In this document: positions 20,653 to 31,660 of the stretch, in pieces
Numbering within the stretch: the first letter of the stretch is position 1
Layout: each line of letters starts with the position of its first letter
DNA from: Thecamonas trahens ATCC 50062
Taxonomy: Eukaryota; Protista; Apusomonadida
Assembly: GCF_000142905.1 (NCBI RefSeq)
Contig: NW_013657632.1
Location: forward strand, 62,001-126,000
Direction of reading: 5' to 3'
Length of the DNA stretch: 64,000 nt
Notes under the pieces: model-generated
What the model saw: only the letters and a program-made list of their open reading frames with translations
What the model was told of the DNA's origin: nothing
Databases searched by the model: none
Translations under genes and position numbers: made by a program

Positions 20653-23036
20653 TCATTCGCCCTCGACGTGTCGCGCCACAAGCGCCGCCAGCGATGGGTT
20701 AGGAATCTTGCCGCTCCACTGTCGGCCCTGCTTGCCCTTAAAGTTGAGATCGACTGCCGACACCACTGTGATGCGGGTGCCATCGCCGCCGCCGCTGCCG
20801 AGCGGCTCCAAAAGGAAGCCGCCGCCCGGAAGAAACTTGCCCCGAACCCGGTCCGGCAAGTCGGACGCGTACGCCTCAGGCAACGTAAAGTCTTCGTCGA
20901 GCGAGGCGAGAACAACCGCCCGCGCCGCTGAGCCGTGTTTCGCCGCTAAGACCGCCTGGAGAAAGACAAAGTCACGGCTCGAGGCCGGCCACGGCATCCG
21001 CCGCTCCATCCACATCACGCTCATCGAGTCGGCAAAGTGTCGCAGCTCGTGCATGCCCGTTGCGCCCGTGTCCCACGCGAGCCGCGCCTGCGGCTGGGTC
21101 AGCACTCGCTCCACCTCGTCGATGCCGACGCTCGTCGTCGCAACAGACCGCACGCACGCCAGCTCGCCGTGGTGTCCGCGAAAGACCTCGTTACGCCCAT
21201 CGACATCTGTCGACACATCCTGAGACCACGGCGTCTCGTCGACCACCTGTCGCATCCGCCGCAGGGCTTCGTTTGCAAGCTCTGCGTACTTTGCCGGTGC
21301 TGCCCGAGTTCCGTTGACCGACGGTGGTGCTGCTCGCTCAAACGAGACAGACTTGCCACCGGTCCGATGACTGCTGCTTGCGCCCGCACGCCTGCCTCGG
21401 CCCCGCCCACGCGCTTGTCCGGTGTGACAACGGCCTCGGTGTACGAGAAGAACGGCGTCATGGCTGAGAGTGTGGTCCGCGGCACCACCGTGCCCGAGTC
21501 AACAAACTGCGCGAGTGAGGTAAGAACTCCAGGCAACGCGCCGTCGGGTCGGAAGAGCGGCACAATGGCCTGCGGCGGGTGCTCGCCAAGATCTGGCACG
21601 CACATCAGCGTCGCCACGCTTGTCGTCGGGTCATCTACAGACGGCGCAAGATGCAGTCCGTACATGGCCAGCTGGGCCCTCACCGCTGAGAACGAGATCT
21701 TTGAATCTTTCGCCGGGACGTTGACAGACACAATAGTGCACATGCACGCCCCGCCCTCGAGCGGCTCGTGCGACCGGAGCGCTACAAAGTCGCGCGAGCC
21801 GACAGGCCATGGCAGCGCCCACTCCATCCATACCAGGTCCACGTCCTCATCCACACTGCCCAGCGCCCGGTAGTCCTTGAGCGAGCTGTCCCAATCGAGC
21901 CGGGCCTCATCATTGCACCACAACGCAAGCACTTTGGCCGGCGTAGCCGCAATCGGCATCTGTGCCCGGAACATGTACGCTGAACGCGGATGTCCCCACA
22001 CCACAAGCCGGCTATCAGTCCGGGACGCTGTGCCGCCGCTCCATCCGTCATCAGACATCCAGCGCGCCAGCGCCACGCGCGCCTCGCGGGCTACCTCACG
22101 CGCCCGCCCGCTCGCCCGCAGTTCAGCAACTACGCCCGGCACAAAGCCCTGGATGATAGCACTCGCACTCGGCCGCTCCGCCCCTCCAACAGGCACTAGC
22201 TCGCCCGGCATGGCCGGCTCGCCGTCGCCGCTCTGGCCGCCTGCTGATGAAAAGTCCGCCAGCTCATGTCGTGGCGCCCGCCGCCCGTCTGTGCGTACTG
22301 GCGTTGGTTGCGACGCGTTGGTGTTGAGCCGCGCCGCAGCCGCGGCAGGAGCATGCATCCTGCTTCCTGTCGCCACCCCGCGCTTCTTCCGCCGCTTCTT
22401 CCGCCGCTTGCTCTTGCCTTGCCCTGCACTCGCCTGCGAGATCCGAGCGCTTGCCACACCCATCGTCTCGCCGTACGGACCGGTGTTGATGGACGAGCTG
22501 CGAGCTCCTAGCAACGACGGTGTCTCGAGCAGCAGCTGGACTCGCGCAATGCGCAGAAGCAGCTTCCACAGCAGCGCAAGCTCGGCCGCCGGTACCACCA
22601 CTCCAAACACCACCAGCGCAATCTCCAGTCCGCGCGCGCTTTCTGCAAGCCCCGAGCCCCAGGTCTCGCCGGCCCGTAGTCCGCGTGGCTGTGCTCCGTA
22701 CCTGAACGCCGCAGCCTTGGCAACGGCGTAGCCCACGCTCACGAGTGCAACAACGACCGCCACACCCAACGACCGCGTCCCCCGGCGGACCCCGTACCAT
22801 CCGCCCAGTACCACCGCCCGGCAACAGGCAAGGAGTACCAGGTCGCCCAGTGAAGCTGAGAACGAGAACGAGGTGAGCGCCCATGCCCAGAACTGGTCAG
22901 AGTGCGCACCCACAAACGCGCCCAGGACCGCAAAGAGCGCCGCAAAGCAAACCGCGTCGCACACGCTCATCGCCAAAATGCCCAGCTGCATAAACCGAAC
23001 ATCCGCGCGGAGCCATGGCAGCGAGTTGCCCTGCAT
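20653..23036 (-). CDS. STARD3/MLN64-like protein: MENTAL-like TM region plus two START domains (frame break near 21380-21455)
   Basis: SLGDLVLLACCRAVVLGGWY...VSVGYAVAK TM block; START motifs RLDWD...LPWPVGSRDFV and RLAWD...MPWPASSRDFV in two overlapping ORFs. Confidence 0.75.
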
Positions 23037-23269
23037 GCTCTCCGCCGCCAGCCTTGCCACGCCGTACACGTCACGCGCCCAAACTGTAGCCGCCTCTGCT
23101 GCTCTGTGCTGCTCACCGAGCGCCGCCTCGACCACGTGTCGCTCGTGGAACCGTACCTCGCTCCTTCGACTGTACCTGGTCTGCTGCCTAGCCTGTCGCT
23201 TCCTCGCTCTTGCCCCTTCTACCCTGCTCGACCTCGACGCCACTCTGCGTCGGCAAGACGAGTGACTCC

Positions 23270-23283
23270 CCACACACACACAA

Positions 23284-23367
<84 letters not shown>
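23270..23367. repeat. (CA)n microsatellite
   Basis: About 45 CA units. Confidence 0.97.
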
Positions 23368-23368
<1 letters not shown>

Positions 23369-23413
23369 AAGCTCACAGTATGATATGTTTATTGCAACGG
23401 CACGATTGCAGCT

Positions 23414-24825
23414 CTACCGCTTCCGTGGGGACACACGTTCGACCTCCTGATTCGAGTAGTACGTGTGCCCGTCGGGTGCAGGCTGATGCGGCGGGAGCAT
23501 GGTGGCTGGGCACACATCGATCTCGTACGGCCGGTACGAGGTGTGCGCCATCGACTCGCCCTCGAACGGAATGTTGTTCGGCACGTACTCGCGCTGCGGA
23601 CCCGACGCCCGCACCGGCGTAATCGGGAGAGGCACAAAGTCCGACCGGTTCGTCGTCGTGCCCTCAAACGGAATCGACTCGCGAGGCCGCCCGCTGTGCG
23701 CATCGCCATGCGGCTGCGAATGCGCGTACGCATCCTGCCCGTACTTGGGAAAGTCGGCATGCTGCGTCGACTCGCCCTCAAACGGCACCGAGTTGGGCAC
23801 GTAGTCGCGCCGCGGGCCAGCGGCATGGACCGGCTCGATCTTGTGCGGCACAAAGTCGGCCCGGTTCGACGTCTCGCCGGTAAACGGAATGTGCTCGCGA
23901 GCAACCGGGCCGGAAGCACCGGCCGTCGACGGGCGGGCGTACGCGCCCTGCCCGTACTTGGGAAAGTCGGCGTGCTGCGTCGACTCGCCCTCAAACGGCA
24001 CCGAGTTGGGCACGTAGTCGCGTCGCGGGCCGGCGGCGCGCATCGGCGTCACCGGATGCGCCACAAAATCGCGCCGCGACGTCGTCTCCCCCTCAAACGG
24101 AATCGACTCGCGAGCAGCGGCCATCGGCCCTCCCTGCGGTGCCGCGCGCGCGTACGCCGACGAGTCGTACCGCGGAAAGTCCTTGTGTGCCATCGACTCG
24201 CCCTCGAACGGAATGTTGTTCGGCACGTACTCGCGCTGCGGACCCGACGCCCGCACCGGCGTAATCGGGAGAGGCACAAAGTCCGACCGGTTCGTCGTCG
24301 TGCCCTCAAACGGAATCGACTCGCGAGGCCGCCCGCTGTGCGCATCGCCATGCGGCTGCGAATGCGCGTACGCATCCTGCCCGTACTTGGGAAAGTCGGC
24401 ATGCTGCGTCGACTCGCCCTCAAACGGCACCGAGTTGGGCACGTAGTCGCGCCGCGGGCCAGCGGCATGGACCGGTTCGATCTTGTGCGGCACAAAGTCG
24501 GCCCGGTTCGACGTCTCGCCGGTAAACGGAATGTGCTCTCGCGGCGCCGCCGACAGTGCAGCGGGCAGGGCTTGGCATAGGCATCCTGCCCGTAGCGTGG
24601 AAAGTCGGCGTGCTGCGTCGACTCGCCCTCAAACGGCACCGAGTTGGGCACGTAGTCACGTCGCGGGCCGGCCTGCTGGCGGGCCGAGACCGGCCACGCC
24701 GGGTAGTCGCGCTTATACTCGGAGAGCAAGTCGTTGGGGTCGTAGTGGGTCGTCTGGTGGGTGGGCACGGGGCACTTGTGCATGCCACACGTGCACACGT
24801 TGCAAATGCACTGCTCCTCGCTCAT
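23414..24825 (-). CDS. SAXO: SAXO/FAM154-family axonemal microtubule-stabilising protein (apparent 1-nt frameshift near 24568)
   Basis: N-terminal CICNVCTCGMHKCP; repeated PFEGESTQHADF/PFEGTTTNRSDF Mn-like modules; C-terminal CPA motif. Confidence 0.85.
23547..24538. repeat. Near-identical ~350-bp internal duplication in SAXO (23547-23896 and 24189-24538)
   Basis: Direct sequence comparison, 642-bp offset. Confidence 0.9.
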
Positions 24826-25252
24826 CTTGGATGCTCGTCTACACTTGCTCGACCTGCTTCTGGGTCCTTGCGCCAGGTGCGGGGGTCGGGTGTCCTCCAC
24901 TGTTGCCCCGCCGTTGTTGCCTCTCCCGCACCAACGGTCAGGCCCGACCCGCCGGGCAACAAACTTTCAACCGAATCATTCGTTTGCTGCCACCAGCCGC
25001 ACGCCTCCGCCTCGATTTGTCGATTTGTCACTGCCGAACACTGCTGCCGAACGAACAACAATGCTGCCAAACGAACAGCAACGCTGCCAGGAAGGGCCCA
25101 AGCATTAGCTGCCGAGTGTGGCCTGGTGACCGAGTGGCCTTGCCCCCCCTCCCCCCTACTACGCACACACCTCCCCCCCCCCCCACCCCACCCACCCACC
25201 CACCCCCACCCACCCACCCACCACCACCACCTACCACACCTGCCCCGCCACC

Positions 25253-27361
25253 ATGGTGTCCCGCCTCGACATAGGACGACACCCGCTCGACTACGGCTCG
25301 GACGCCGGGCACGTCGACAACCTGTTCTTCTACCTCTGGGCAAAGAACCCGGTGACCGGTGACGTCCCGCCGGGCGTTCTCCTTCCACACACGGCCGTCT
25401 TTCGCCGCTCCAAGCTCCACTCGTGGTTCTTCTCCTCGCGAAAGCCGCCGCATCACATCCTGCGCAAGCGGGCATCCGAGAGCACCATCGGCAACCTCGT
25501 CGAGGTCCTCGTCTCCGCCCACCGCGCCGGCACCTCGCGCTCGGGCATTGTCGCCTACATCGTGACCACCGAGGAGGGCGTGACAGGCGACCCGTTCACC
25601 TACGTCGAGTACCTGGACAAGCAGGCCGTCCTTGATCTTGCTTCGGGCCGCCGAGCCCTGCCCCGCTCCGGCTTCCTGCAGGCCTTTGTCGAGCCAAAGC
25701 ACGGCTTCAACTCGACGCTCCGCTGCTTTCTCCGTCCGGGCTCGTTCACTGTCGAACGCCGTGACTCGGTCCACAAGATCGGCGAGCGCCGCATCCCCTT
25801 TGACGCCCGCGGCGCCACACACGAGGGCCAGGTCCACAACTCCATCCCGGTCCCATTCTCCAACTCGACCTTTATCCGCCACCTCCGCGCCATCTGCCTC
25901 GGCATCGTCCGGCACGTCCACGCCACCTCGCCGCAGCAGTACTCCATCTCGTCCATGGCCGTCAACCTCAAGCGGAATACAAAGGACCAGTTTGTCTTTC
26001 TCTACGCCTCCTCGGTTGTCGTCGAGTCGCGCATGAACAAGATCGGCCTCCCCGACGACATCTGGTCCGTCGCCCTCTCGCTTCGCGGCTCTTCCTCGCT
26101 TGTTGGCCAGCGCCTTACTGCCGCAGCATCACGCCAGCGCGCCTCGGCCAAAGGCTCGTTCACCGCCTCGGCCATGCTGGCCCGCAAGCGCAAGTCCGAC
26201 CTCTCCGCCTGCCCGGGCTGCGGCTCACACATGCCGGCCTCGCTCATGTATCCAGTCACGTACAAGGCCGTCATCGCCCACTTTGACCTCTACCCTTCAG
26301 CTTACGCAGACTCGGACGCCTCGTTTCGTCGCACTGTCACATCACTCAACGCTTCGACTGTCTCGCGGGTCGCCTCGGGCACAACCTCGCTCCTCACCCG
26401 TCTCGACAAGCCGGCTGTCAAGGCCAACTCACCCAAGGCCAACAACTCGAGCGTCCCGCCACTTCTCAAACGGGTCATGAGCACCCGCATGTCAGACACT
26501 GAGTTTGCTCTGCACCGCTCAAACCCGGCCTTTCTCGCCCGCTCGCTCGCCGTCTGCGAAGCATGCTGTCTCGACATCACAGAGTCGGCCATGCGCCATC
26601 TCGGCAAGGTGCCGCAGCCGTACGTCATGGACATGGCCGCCCGCCGCCGCGACGTCATCCATGGCCTCGTTGTCAAGACCCGCTCGCGACACTCGGCTCA
26701 CAAGCGGAGAACCGCTGCTGTCCGTGACCGCCGCACCACTTCGCACTCGCTGTCCACAAAACCGCCGCCGCGCCGCCGCCGCCAGGCCCGCTCCCTCACT
26801 CCGATTGCACGCGACGCCTCCTCGCCGCAGCACTACTACCAGGATATCACCGATGAGTTCTCACGCCGGGAAGCCTCCCGCCGCTCCGAAAACGCCGCCG
26901 CCCGGAAGCTCACACGCATCATGCTCCTCGCTGAACACAACACAACTGACTCGGACGAAGACGACGTTGCCAGTGGCGGCTCAGACTCTCCCGACTCGAC
27001 CGCCGCCCGCCTCCTCCGCCGTCTCAACTCGACCAACTTGCACCCATCGCTCGTCGACCTCGACACATCCTCATCATCAGCCACCCTTGCCCTCCGCACC
27101 AGCAACTCTCCTGACTCGCCCTCAAAATTGCCTGCCTCGTCAGATCCCGTCCCGACTGTTATTCCGTCGCGCATCCGCAGTGGCCGCCGCCCGTCGCTGG
27201 CCCAGCTCGTTGTTCCAGTCAACCTCTCCACCCCGGCCTCGTCGTCGTCATCGTCGTCATCGTCGTCATCAGCCTCGTCCTCGCCAGACCCATCTCCATC
27301 GTCGTCACCGTCGCACCGAGCCGAGACCCTTGACGAGCTTGCTGCCGACACCTCGATCTAA
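25253..27361 (+). CDS. Hypothetical protein: globular N-terminal domain, split CxxC...CxxC motif, Ser-rich tail
   Basis: 702-aa ORF; FLQAFVEPKHGFNSTLRC, ARGATHEG, CPGC...VCEACC. Confidence 0.7.
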   Translation: MVSRLDIGRHPLDYGSDAGHVDNLFFYLWAKNPVTGDVPPGVLLPHTAVFRRSKLHSWFFSSRKPPHHILRKRASESTIGNLVEVLVSAHRAGTSRSGIVAYIVTTEEGVTGDPFTYVEYLDKQAVLDLASGRRALPRSGFLQAFVEPKHGFNSTLRCFLRPGSFTVERRDSVHKIGERRIPFDARGATHEGQVHNSIPVPFSNSTFIRHLRAICLGIVRHVHATSPQQYSISSMAVNLKRNTKDQFVFLYASSVVVESRMNKIGLPDDIWSVALSLRGSSSLVGQRLTAAASRQRASAKGSFTASAMLARKRKSDLSACPGCGSHMPASLMYPVTYKAVIAHFDLYPSAYADSDASFRRTVTSLNASTVSRVASGTTSLLTRLDKPAVKANSPKANNSSVPPLLKRVMSTRMSDTEFALHRSNPAFLARSLAVCEACCLDITESAMRHLGKVPQPYVMDMAARRRDVIHGLVVKTRSRHSAHKRRTAAVRDRRTTSHSLSTKPPPRRRRQARSLTPIARDASSPQHYYQDITDEFSRREASRRSENAAARKLTRIMLLAEHNTTDSDEDDVASGGSDSPDSTAARLLRRLNSTNLHPSLVDLDTSSSSATLALRTSNSPDSPSKLPASSDPVPTVIPSRIRSGRRPSLAQLVVPVNLSTPASSSSSSSSSSSASSSPDPSPSSSPSHRAETLDELAADTSI

Positions 27362-27370
27362 CTTTAATTC

Positions 27371-30300
27371 CTAGTCCAGACCCTCGACCTCGGCGCGGAG
27401 CCGTGCAATCACGTCCTCCGGCATCTCATCGGGCTCCTCCACCGCCGCATCAAGCACAGCCTTGTGTGCAAGGTACTTGCGCCGCTCCTCGGCCTGTGAC
27501 GGATGAATGCCAAGGTGGGTGAGGTAGACCTGAAGCTTGAGCGCCGGCACGCGAGTGTATGACGCAATGAACTGGAGCACCGCATGGAACTCGGGCTCGA
27601 GTGCCACATCCTCAAACGGCGCCTCGCTCAGCTCGTCGGCCGCCCGCATGTAGAACTGGTTGTTGAGCATGGCTCCGCTGCTGCCGTCGAGGATCAGCCG
27701 CTCCAGCGCGCTGATGTACTTTTGCAGCCACGATGAGACGTACACGCCCGACATGGCCATGTACTTGAGGAGGCCCTGATGAAACGCGCCCCACTCACGC
27801 TCGCGCTGGCTATCTTCCACACTCGTCGCCGCCCGTTTCCACACCGAGTCGACCCGCGCACCCTGCGCTGTCGCCGCCCTTGCGTACCGCGCCGCCCGAC
27901 TCGCAGCCTCAGTCGACTGGACAATAGCCTCATTGAGCTGGTCCTCGTGCGCCAGCACCCGTCGCCGATCCACCAGCCGCTCCTCTAGCGCTGCCGCAAG
28001 CTCAGCCGTCGCCACAATGTTGACCTCTTCAAACTCGCGCCGCCACGCATCGACACGGAGCTCCTGGCCCATGTGCCGAAAGTACTTACCCGGCACCATC
28101 GTCCGAGCCGCAGGCACGATGACATGGTCGGCAAGGTCACGCAAATGCTCCGGATTCGCCAGCAGCACCTCCCGCTCTGTGATGAGCAGCTGCTCACCAG
28201 TCTCTTTGTCCATGTCATCAATAGAGATCGCATGCAGTGACGCTAACGACTCGTACTGCGCAAGGCTCTCCGCCACCTCGGCCTCGGACGCAAAGCCCTT
28301 GGTCGCCACAAGATCCGCCAACGACATCGAGAGCATCGGGTTCTCCGGCGAGGACGGCCGGTGGCTCTTCTTCATCGGCGACACCACTCGCTGCTCGTAC
28401 TGCGCCAGCTTGCTCGTAAAACTCTCCAGCACCTCACCCTCAGCCTCTAGCGTCTTGCCCAGCGACTGCGCCAGCGCGCCCTGGGCCCCGTGCCTGTCGG
28501 CCCAAAAGTCTTGCTGCGAAATCGTCGACCGCGACATCGACTCCACCACTGTCCCCGTCGACGAGTTGGACGAGCCATCCAAGCTAGAACTAGAGCCAGG
28601 GCCAGAGTCTAATCCCAGGCCCAAGTTCAAGCCAGAGCCAGAGCTAGAGTTGGGGCTCAAAGGCGACGCTGACCCCGAAGACCGTGTCCACGATCTCGAC
28701 CTCGCTCTCGACCCTGATTTCGAATGCAGCGACGTCTGGACACGGAGGGAGCTGATGCTACCCTCTTGAGCGGCGTTCTCGGCCCTGTTCTTGCCCTTGC
28801 CCTTGCCCTTGCCCTTGCCCTTGCCCTTGCCCTTGTCTCTCCCTCTGCCTTTGTCCTTCTCAGACGATCCGAGCCGGCGTGAGCGCGAGCGCCGTCCCTT
28901 GCTGGACTCGGGGCTGTCTTGGCCCGCCGCGGCCGCTCCTTCGTCGTCCTTGGCCACGACAACTTCAGGCGGGGGGAGAGGCGTGCTTGCCTTGCGGGTG
29001 TACGGAATAACTGGCACACGCTGCGACCAGGGCCGGGTCGGTGCCGCTGCCGTCGCCGGCCTAGCCGAGCCGACAAACCGCTGCGACTGGAGCGCCACTT
29101 GCCGCTTGCGCATCGCCGACGCCGAGCCGGTCCGCAACTTTTGCGGCGATGCCTTGCGAGCGAGAGAGTCCTTGCGAGTCGATGTCCACGGCCGGGCGTA
29201 GCCCTGGCGCGTGCTTGCCCGGCGCTTCTGCAGCGTCTTTTTGGCCGTCTTGGGCCGCGGGACAGGAACCGAGGTGCTCGGCCTCGGCTGGCGCAAACGC
29301 GCAGCTGTGGCAGGCCGCTGCCTCGTCCGCACGCTGGAAATCGAGTTGGTTCGCGATCGCGCCCGCTGCCTTGCCTTCTCGCGCTTGGCGGCCGTCTTGG
29401 CCTCGACCACTGCCGTCACCCGCTTGTTCGTCAGCGCCGTCGCCGTGTTGGCACGCAGCTGAGAACCAAGCCACGCCGACCGCATGTCGTCAGCGGCAGT
29501 GTGGTCGCCGCCGTAGTAGCCCGCCACAGTCGCTGGCCGCGCAGGCATGCCGTTCTTTTCCGTCCGGCTACCGGCCCGCGACGCAGCACCCGTTTGCGAC
29601 CGCAACCGCGCCACATCGGCCTGTCGCAGCACTGGCCGTGGAAACGAGACAAACTCGGACGGCGTGACGCCCGACTTGGACGCAGACGGTCCCTTGAGCG
29701 AGACCGAGGCCGAAGTCGGCGCAAGGTAGTCGTACATGCCGGCATTCTCGTGAGCCGCGTACGAGACGTCGACGTCGGTCTCCAGCAGCGCACGCGCAAA
29801 CTTGAGCATTCGCGCCTCGTCATCCCCGTCGCCCACAAGCGTGACATCTTCGTACGCGTCTAGCCAGGTCTTAGATCGCAACAGTCGCCGCCGCTCGGTT
29901 GGCGCCCGAGGCAGCTGGACCTCCTCGGCCTTGAGAGCTTCGGCAAACTCGCGCTGGACAGCCTGCAGCGCCTGCAGTGACGCTTGCATGCCGAGCAGAG
30001 TCGACGACTCTTCATCCAGCATCTCCAGAGCGCTCGAGTCAACCTCACGCCGCCGCACCGGACCCGACGCCTGCTGACCCGACTTACCGCGACGGTCGCG
30101 CCGCCGGGTACCCAATCGCCCGGCAATGCCCTCGTCAGAGTCAGAGTCGGACTCTGAGTCTCCGAGAAGCGCCACCGTGTACGCATGAGCGGCTTCAGAC
30201 TCTTTCTGTACCGTCCGCCGCCGCCGCGGCGGCAGCGGCACCTTCAGCATCGCCGCCGCAGAGAGGGCGGCGCCGGCACCAAACTGATTGTAATTGCGCT

Positions 30301-30784
30301 TCTTGTGCGCAAGCTTGCGCATCGGCGGTTCGACCTTTTCGCCCAACAGAGACGACGCCAGCCGCGCCCGCCGCACCTCGGCCTCCACCCGCGCATACCG
30401 TCCGGCGAGCTTGGCCGCCCGCACGTTGCCTTTGATGCGCTGCCGCGCGGCGAGCCGATCAACCGCTGCTGCCGACTCGCGCAGCGCCGCTGCCCTCAGA
30501 TCCAGAAAGTCCTCGGTTCCTTCCTCGAACGCGGCCTCGGCGTTGGAGATCGATGGCACTGCAACTGGCGGAATCTTGGCCCACACATTGATCGGCTCCA
30601 GCTTGTTTTCGCCGTTTGCCCATGCCGCCACAGGCTCCACAAGCCCAGGCTGTCTACGCCCGACCGTTCGGAAGGGAGAGAACCCGCTTCGCTCGCCCGA
30701 GCCGTCGCCGCCACCCAGCCCGTCGCCGTCCCCAGGCCTTAGCCCCGTCCCAGCCACGGCCATGGCAATCTGCGACGAAGTCAT
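27371..30784 (-). CDS. Large low-complexity hypothetical protein with helical C-terminal domain
   Basis: Uninterrupted ORF over 1100 aa; repeated RPATA/RPST motifs, KG repeat. Confidence 0.7.
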   Translation of the reverse strand: MTSSQIAMAVAGTGLRPGDGDGLGGGDGSGERSGFSPFRTVGRRQPGLVEPVAAWANGENKLEPINVWAKIPPVAVPSISNAEAAFEEGTEDFLDLRAAALRESAAAVDRLAARQRIKGNVRAAKLAGRYARVEAEVRRARLASSLLGEKVEPPMRKLAHKKRNYNQFGAGAALSAAAMLKVPLPPRRRRTVQKESEAAHAYTVALLGDSESDSDSDEGIAGRLGTRRRDRRGKSGQQASGPVRRREVDSSALEMLDEESSTLLGMQASLQALQAVQREFAEALKAEEVQLPRAPTERRRLLRSKTWLDAYEDVTLVGDGDDEARMLKFARALLETDVDVSYAAHENAGMYDYLAPTSASVSLKGPSASKSGVTPSEFVSFPRPVLRQADVARLRSQTGAASRAGSRTEKNGMPARPATVAGYYGGDHTAADDMRSAWLGSQLRANTATALTNKRVTAVVEAKTAAKREKARQRARSRTNSISSVRTRQRPATAARLRQPRPSTSVPVPRPKTAKKTLQKRRASTRQGYARPWTSTRKDSLARKASPQKLRTGSASAMRKRQVALQSQRFVGSARPATAAAPTRPWSQRVPVIPYTRKASTPLPPPEVVVAKDDEGAAAAGQDSPESSKGRRSRSRRLGSSEKDKGRGRDKGKGKGKGKGKGKGKNRAENAAQEGSISSLRVQTSLHSKSGSRARSRSWTRSSGSASPLSPNSSSGSGLNLGLGLDSGPGSSSSLDGSSNSSTGTVVESMSRSTISQQDFWADRHGAQGALAQSLGKTLEAEGEVLESFTSKLAQYEQRVVSPMKKSHRPSSPENPMLSMSLADLVATKGFASEAEVAESLAQYESLASLHAISIDDMDKETGEQLLITEREVLLANPEHLRDLADHVIVPAARTMVPGKYFRHMGQELRVDAWRREFEEVNIVATAELAAALEERLVDRRRVLAHEDQLNEAIVQSTEAASRAARYARAATAQGARVDSVWKRAATSVEDSQREREWGAFHQGLLKYMAMSGVYVSSWLQKYISALERLILDGSSGAMLNNQFYMRAADELSEAPFEDVALEPEFHAVLQFIASYTRVPALKLQVYLTHLGIHPSQAEERRKYLAHKAVLDAAVEEPDEMPEDVIARLRAEVEGLD

Positions 30785-30947
30785 GGCAGGCGGCGGCAGG
30801 GAGGGTGAGGTGTTGGTTGCGAGAATGAGCGGTGGTGGCGGTGGCAGTGGTTGGGGAAGGCACCAGCAGCTGCAACGGAGAGCGATCGGGACAACCAGCG
30901 ACGGCCACGGCAGCCCGTCAGACTCAACTCGAACCGCAACGGCAGAC

Positions 30948-31594
30948 ATGGCAGCGCCGAGGTCGTTCTACCAGGGTGGTGGGGCTACTGTCGCCAACGC
31001 CATGCTGGCAAACACTGTGGCGGTATGGAACCTGCCACTCCCCTCCTCCTTCCCTTCCTCCCCCCCCCCCCCCCCCCGGCCCCCCCCATATGCCGTCACG
31101 CGCCATGCGCCCCAGACCGTTGGGACATTCCCTTCACCACCCCACACTCACTCGCACCCCGATCGAATCCCTCTCCCCACTCGCCCTCAGGAGAACAACC
31201 GCATCGCAGACGCACAGGCCCATGCCCAGCAGTACGTCCTCTTCCTCCTCCTCCTCCTCCCCCCTTCTCCCTCTCTCTCCCCACCATTCCCTCCCCGTTC
31301 CTCTCCCCCCTCCGGCTACTACTACACTCACCCCCTCCCCGCCGCACACACAGGATCCAACGCGCAGAGACAGAGACACTGTGGCGGTCAAAGCTTGATG
31401 TGGGGCTGCATGGGCGGACCCAGCGGGCTCAGGCAGCCATGCGCGAAGACGAGGTGAGCCTTGCCCGGAAGGAGCTGCTCATTCTGCGCAGGCGCGAGCT
31501 GAAAGAGCGCCTCGCCCGCGACGCTGCCGAACAGGAGGCTGCCCTGGCTCGCAACGGCCTCTCCATTTACCACGGTGTTGACGGTCTCGAGTAG
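30948..31594 (+). CDS. CFAP141: CFAP141 (C1orf189)-like ciliary microtubule inner protein; join(30948..31022,31191..31231,31354..31594), 118 aa
   Basis: Three in-phase exons with GTATGG/GTACGT donors and CAG acceptors; C-terminus EVSLARKELLILRRRELKERLARDAAEQEAALARNGLSIY resembles CFAP141. Confidence 0.72.
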
Positions 31595-31660
31595 ACCGGG
31601 CTGGTGATGGTGCGCCGTGGGGCAGATGCACGACCCCCCAGGCTGCGCGCTGTGCACACC

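Noticed and set aside
23047-23376. Poly-(CV) or poly-(HT) ORF starts
   Set aside because: Translation of a (CA)n microsatellite; similar artefacts occur at 36770, 42670 and 62750
10050-24570. Programmed -1 ribosomal frameshifting as a shared mechanism in MLH1, STARD3-like and SAXO
   Set aside because: No in-frame X_XXY_YYZ slippery heptamer was found at the MLH1 site and no shared motif is evident; breaks lie at short homopolymers, consistent with sequencing under-calls or a small intron
23414-24660. Regularly spaced repeats that might suggest a CRISPR array
   Set aside because: Repeats are codon-phased protein modules of SAXO, spacers are not unique, no cas genes, eukaryotic context
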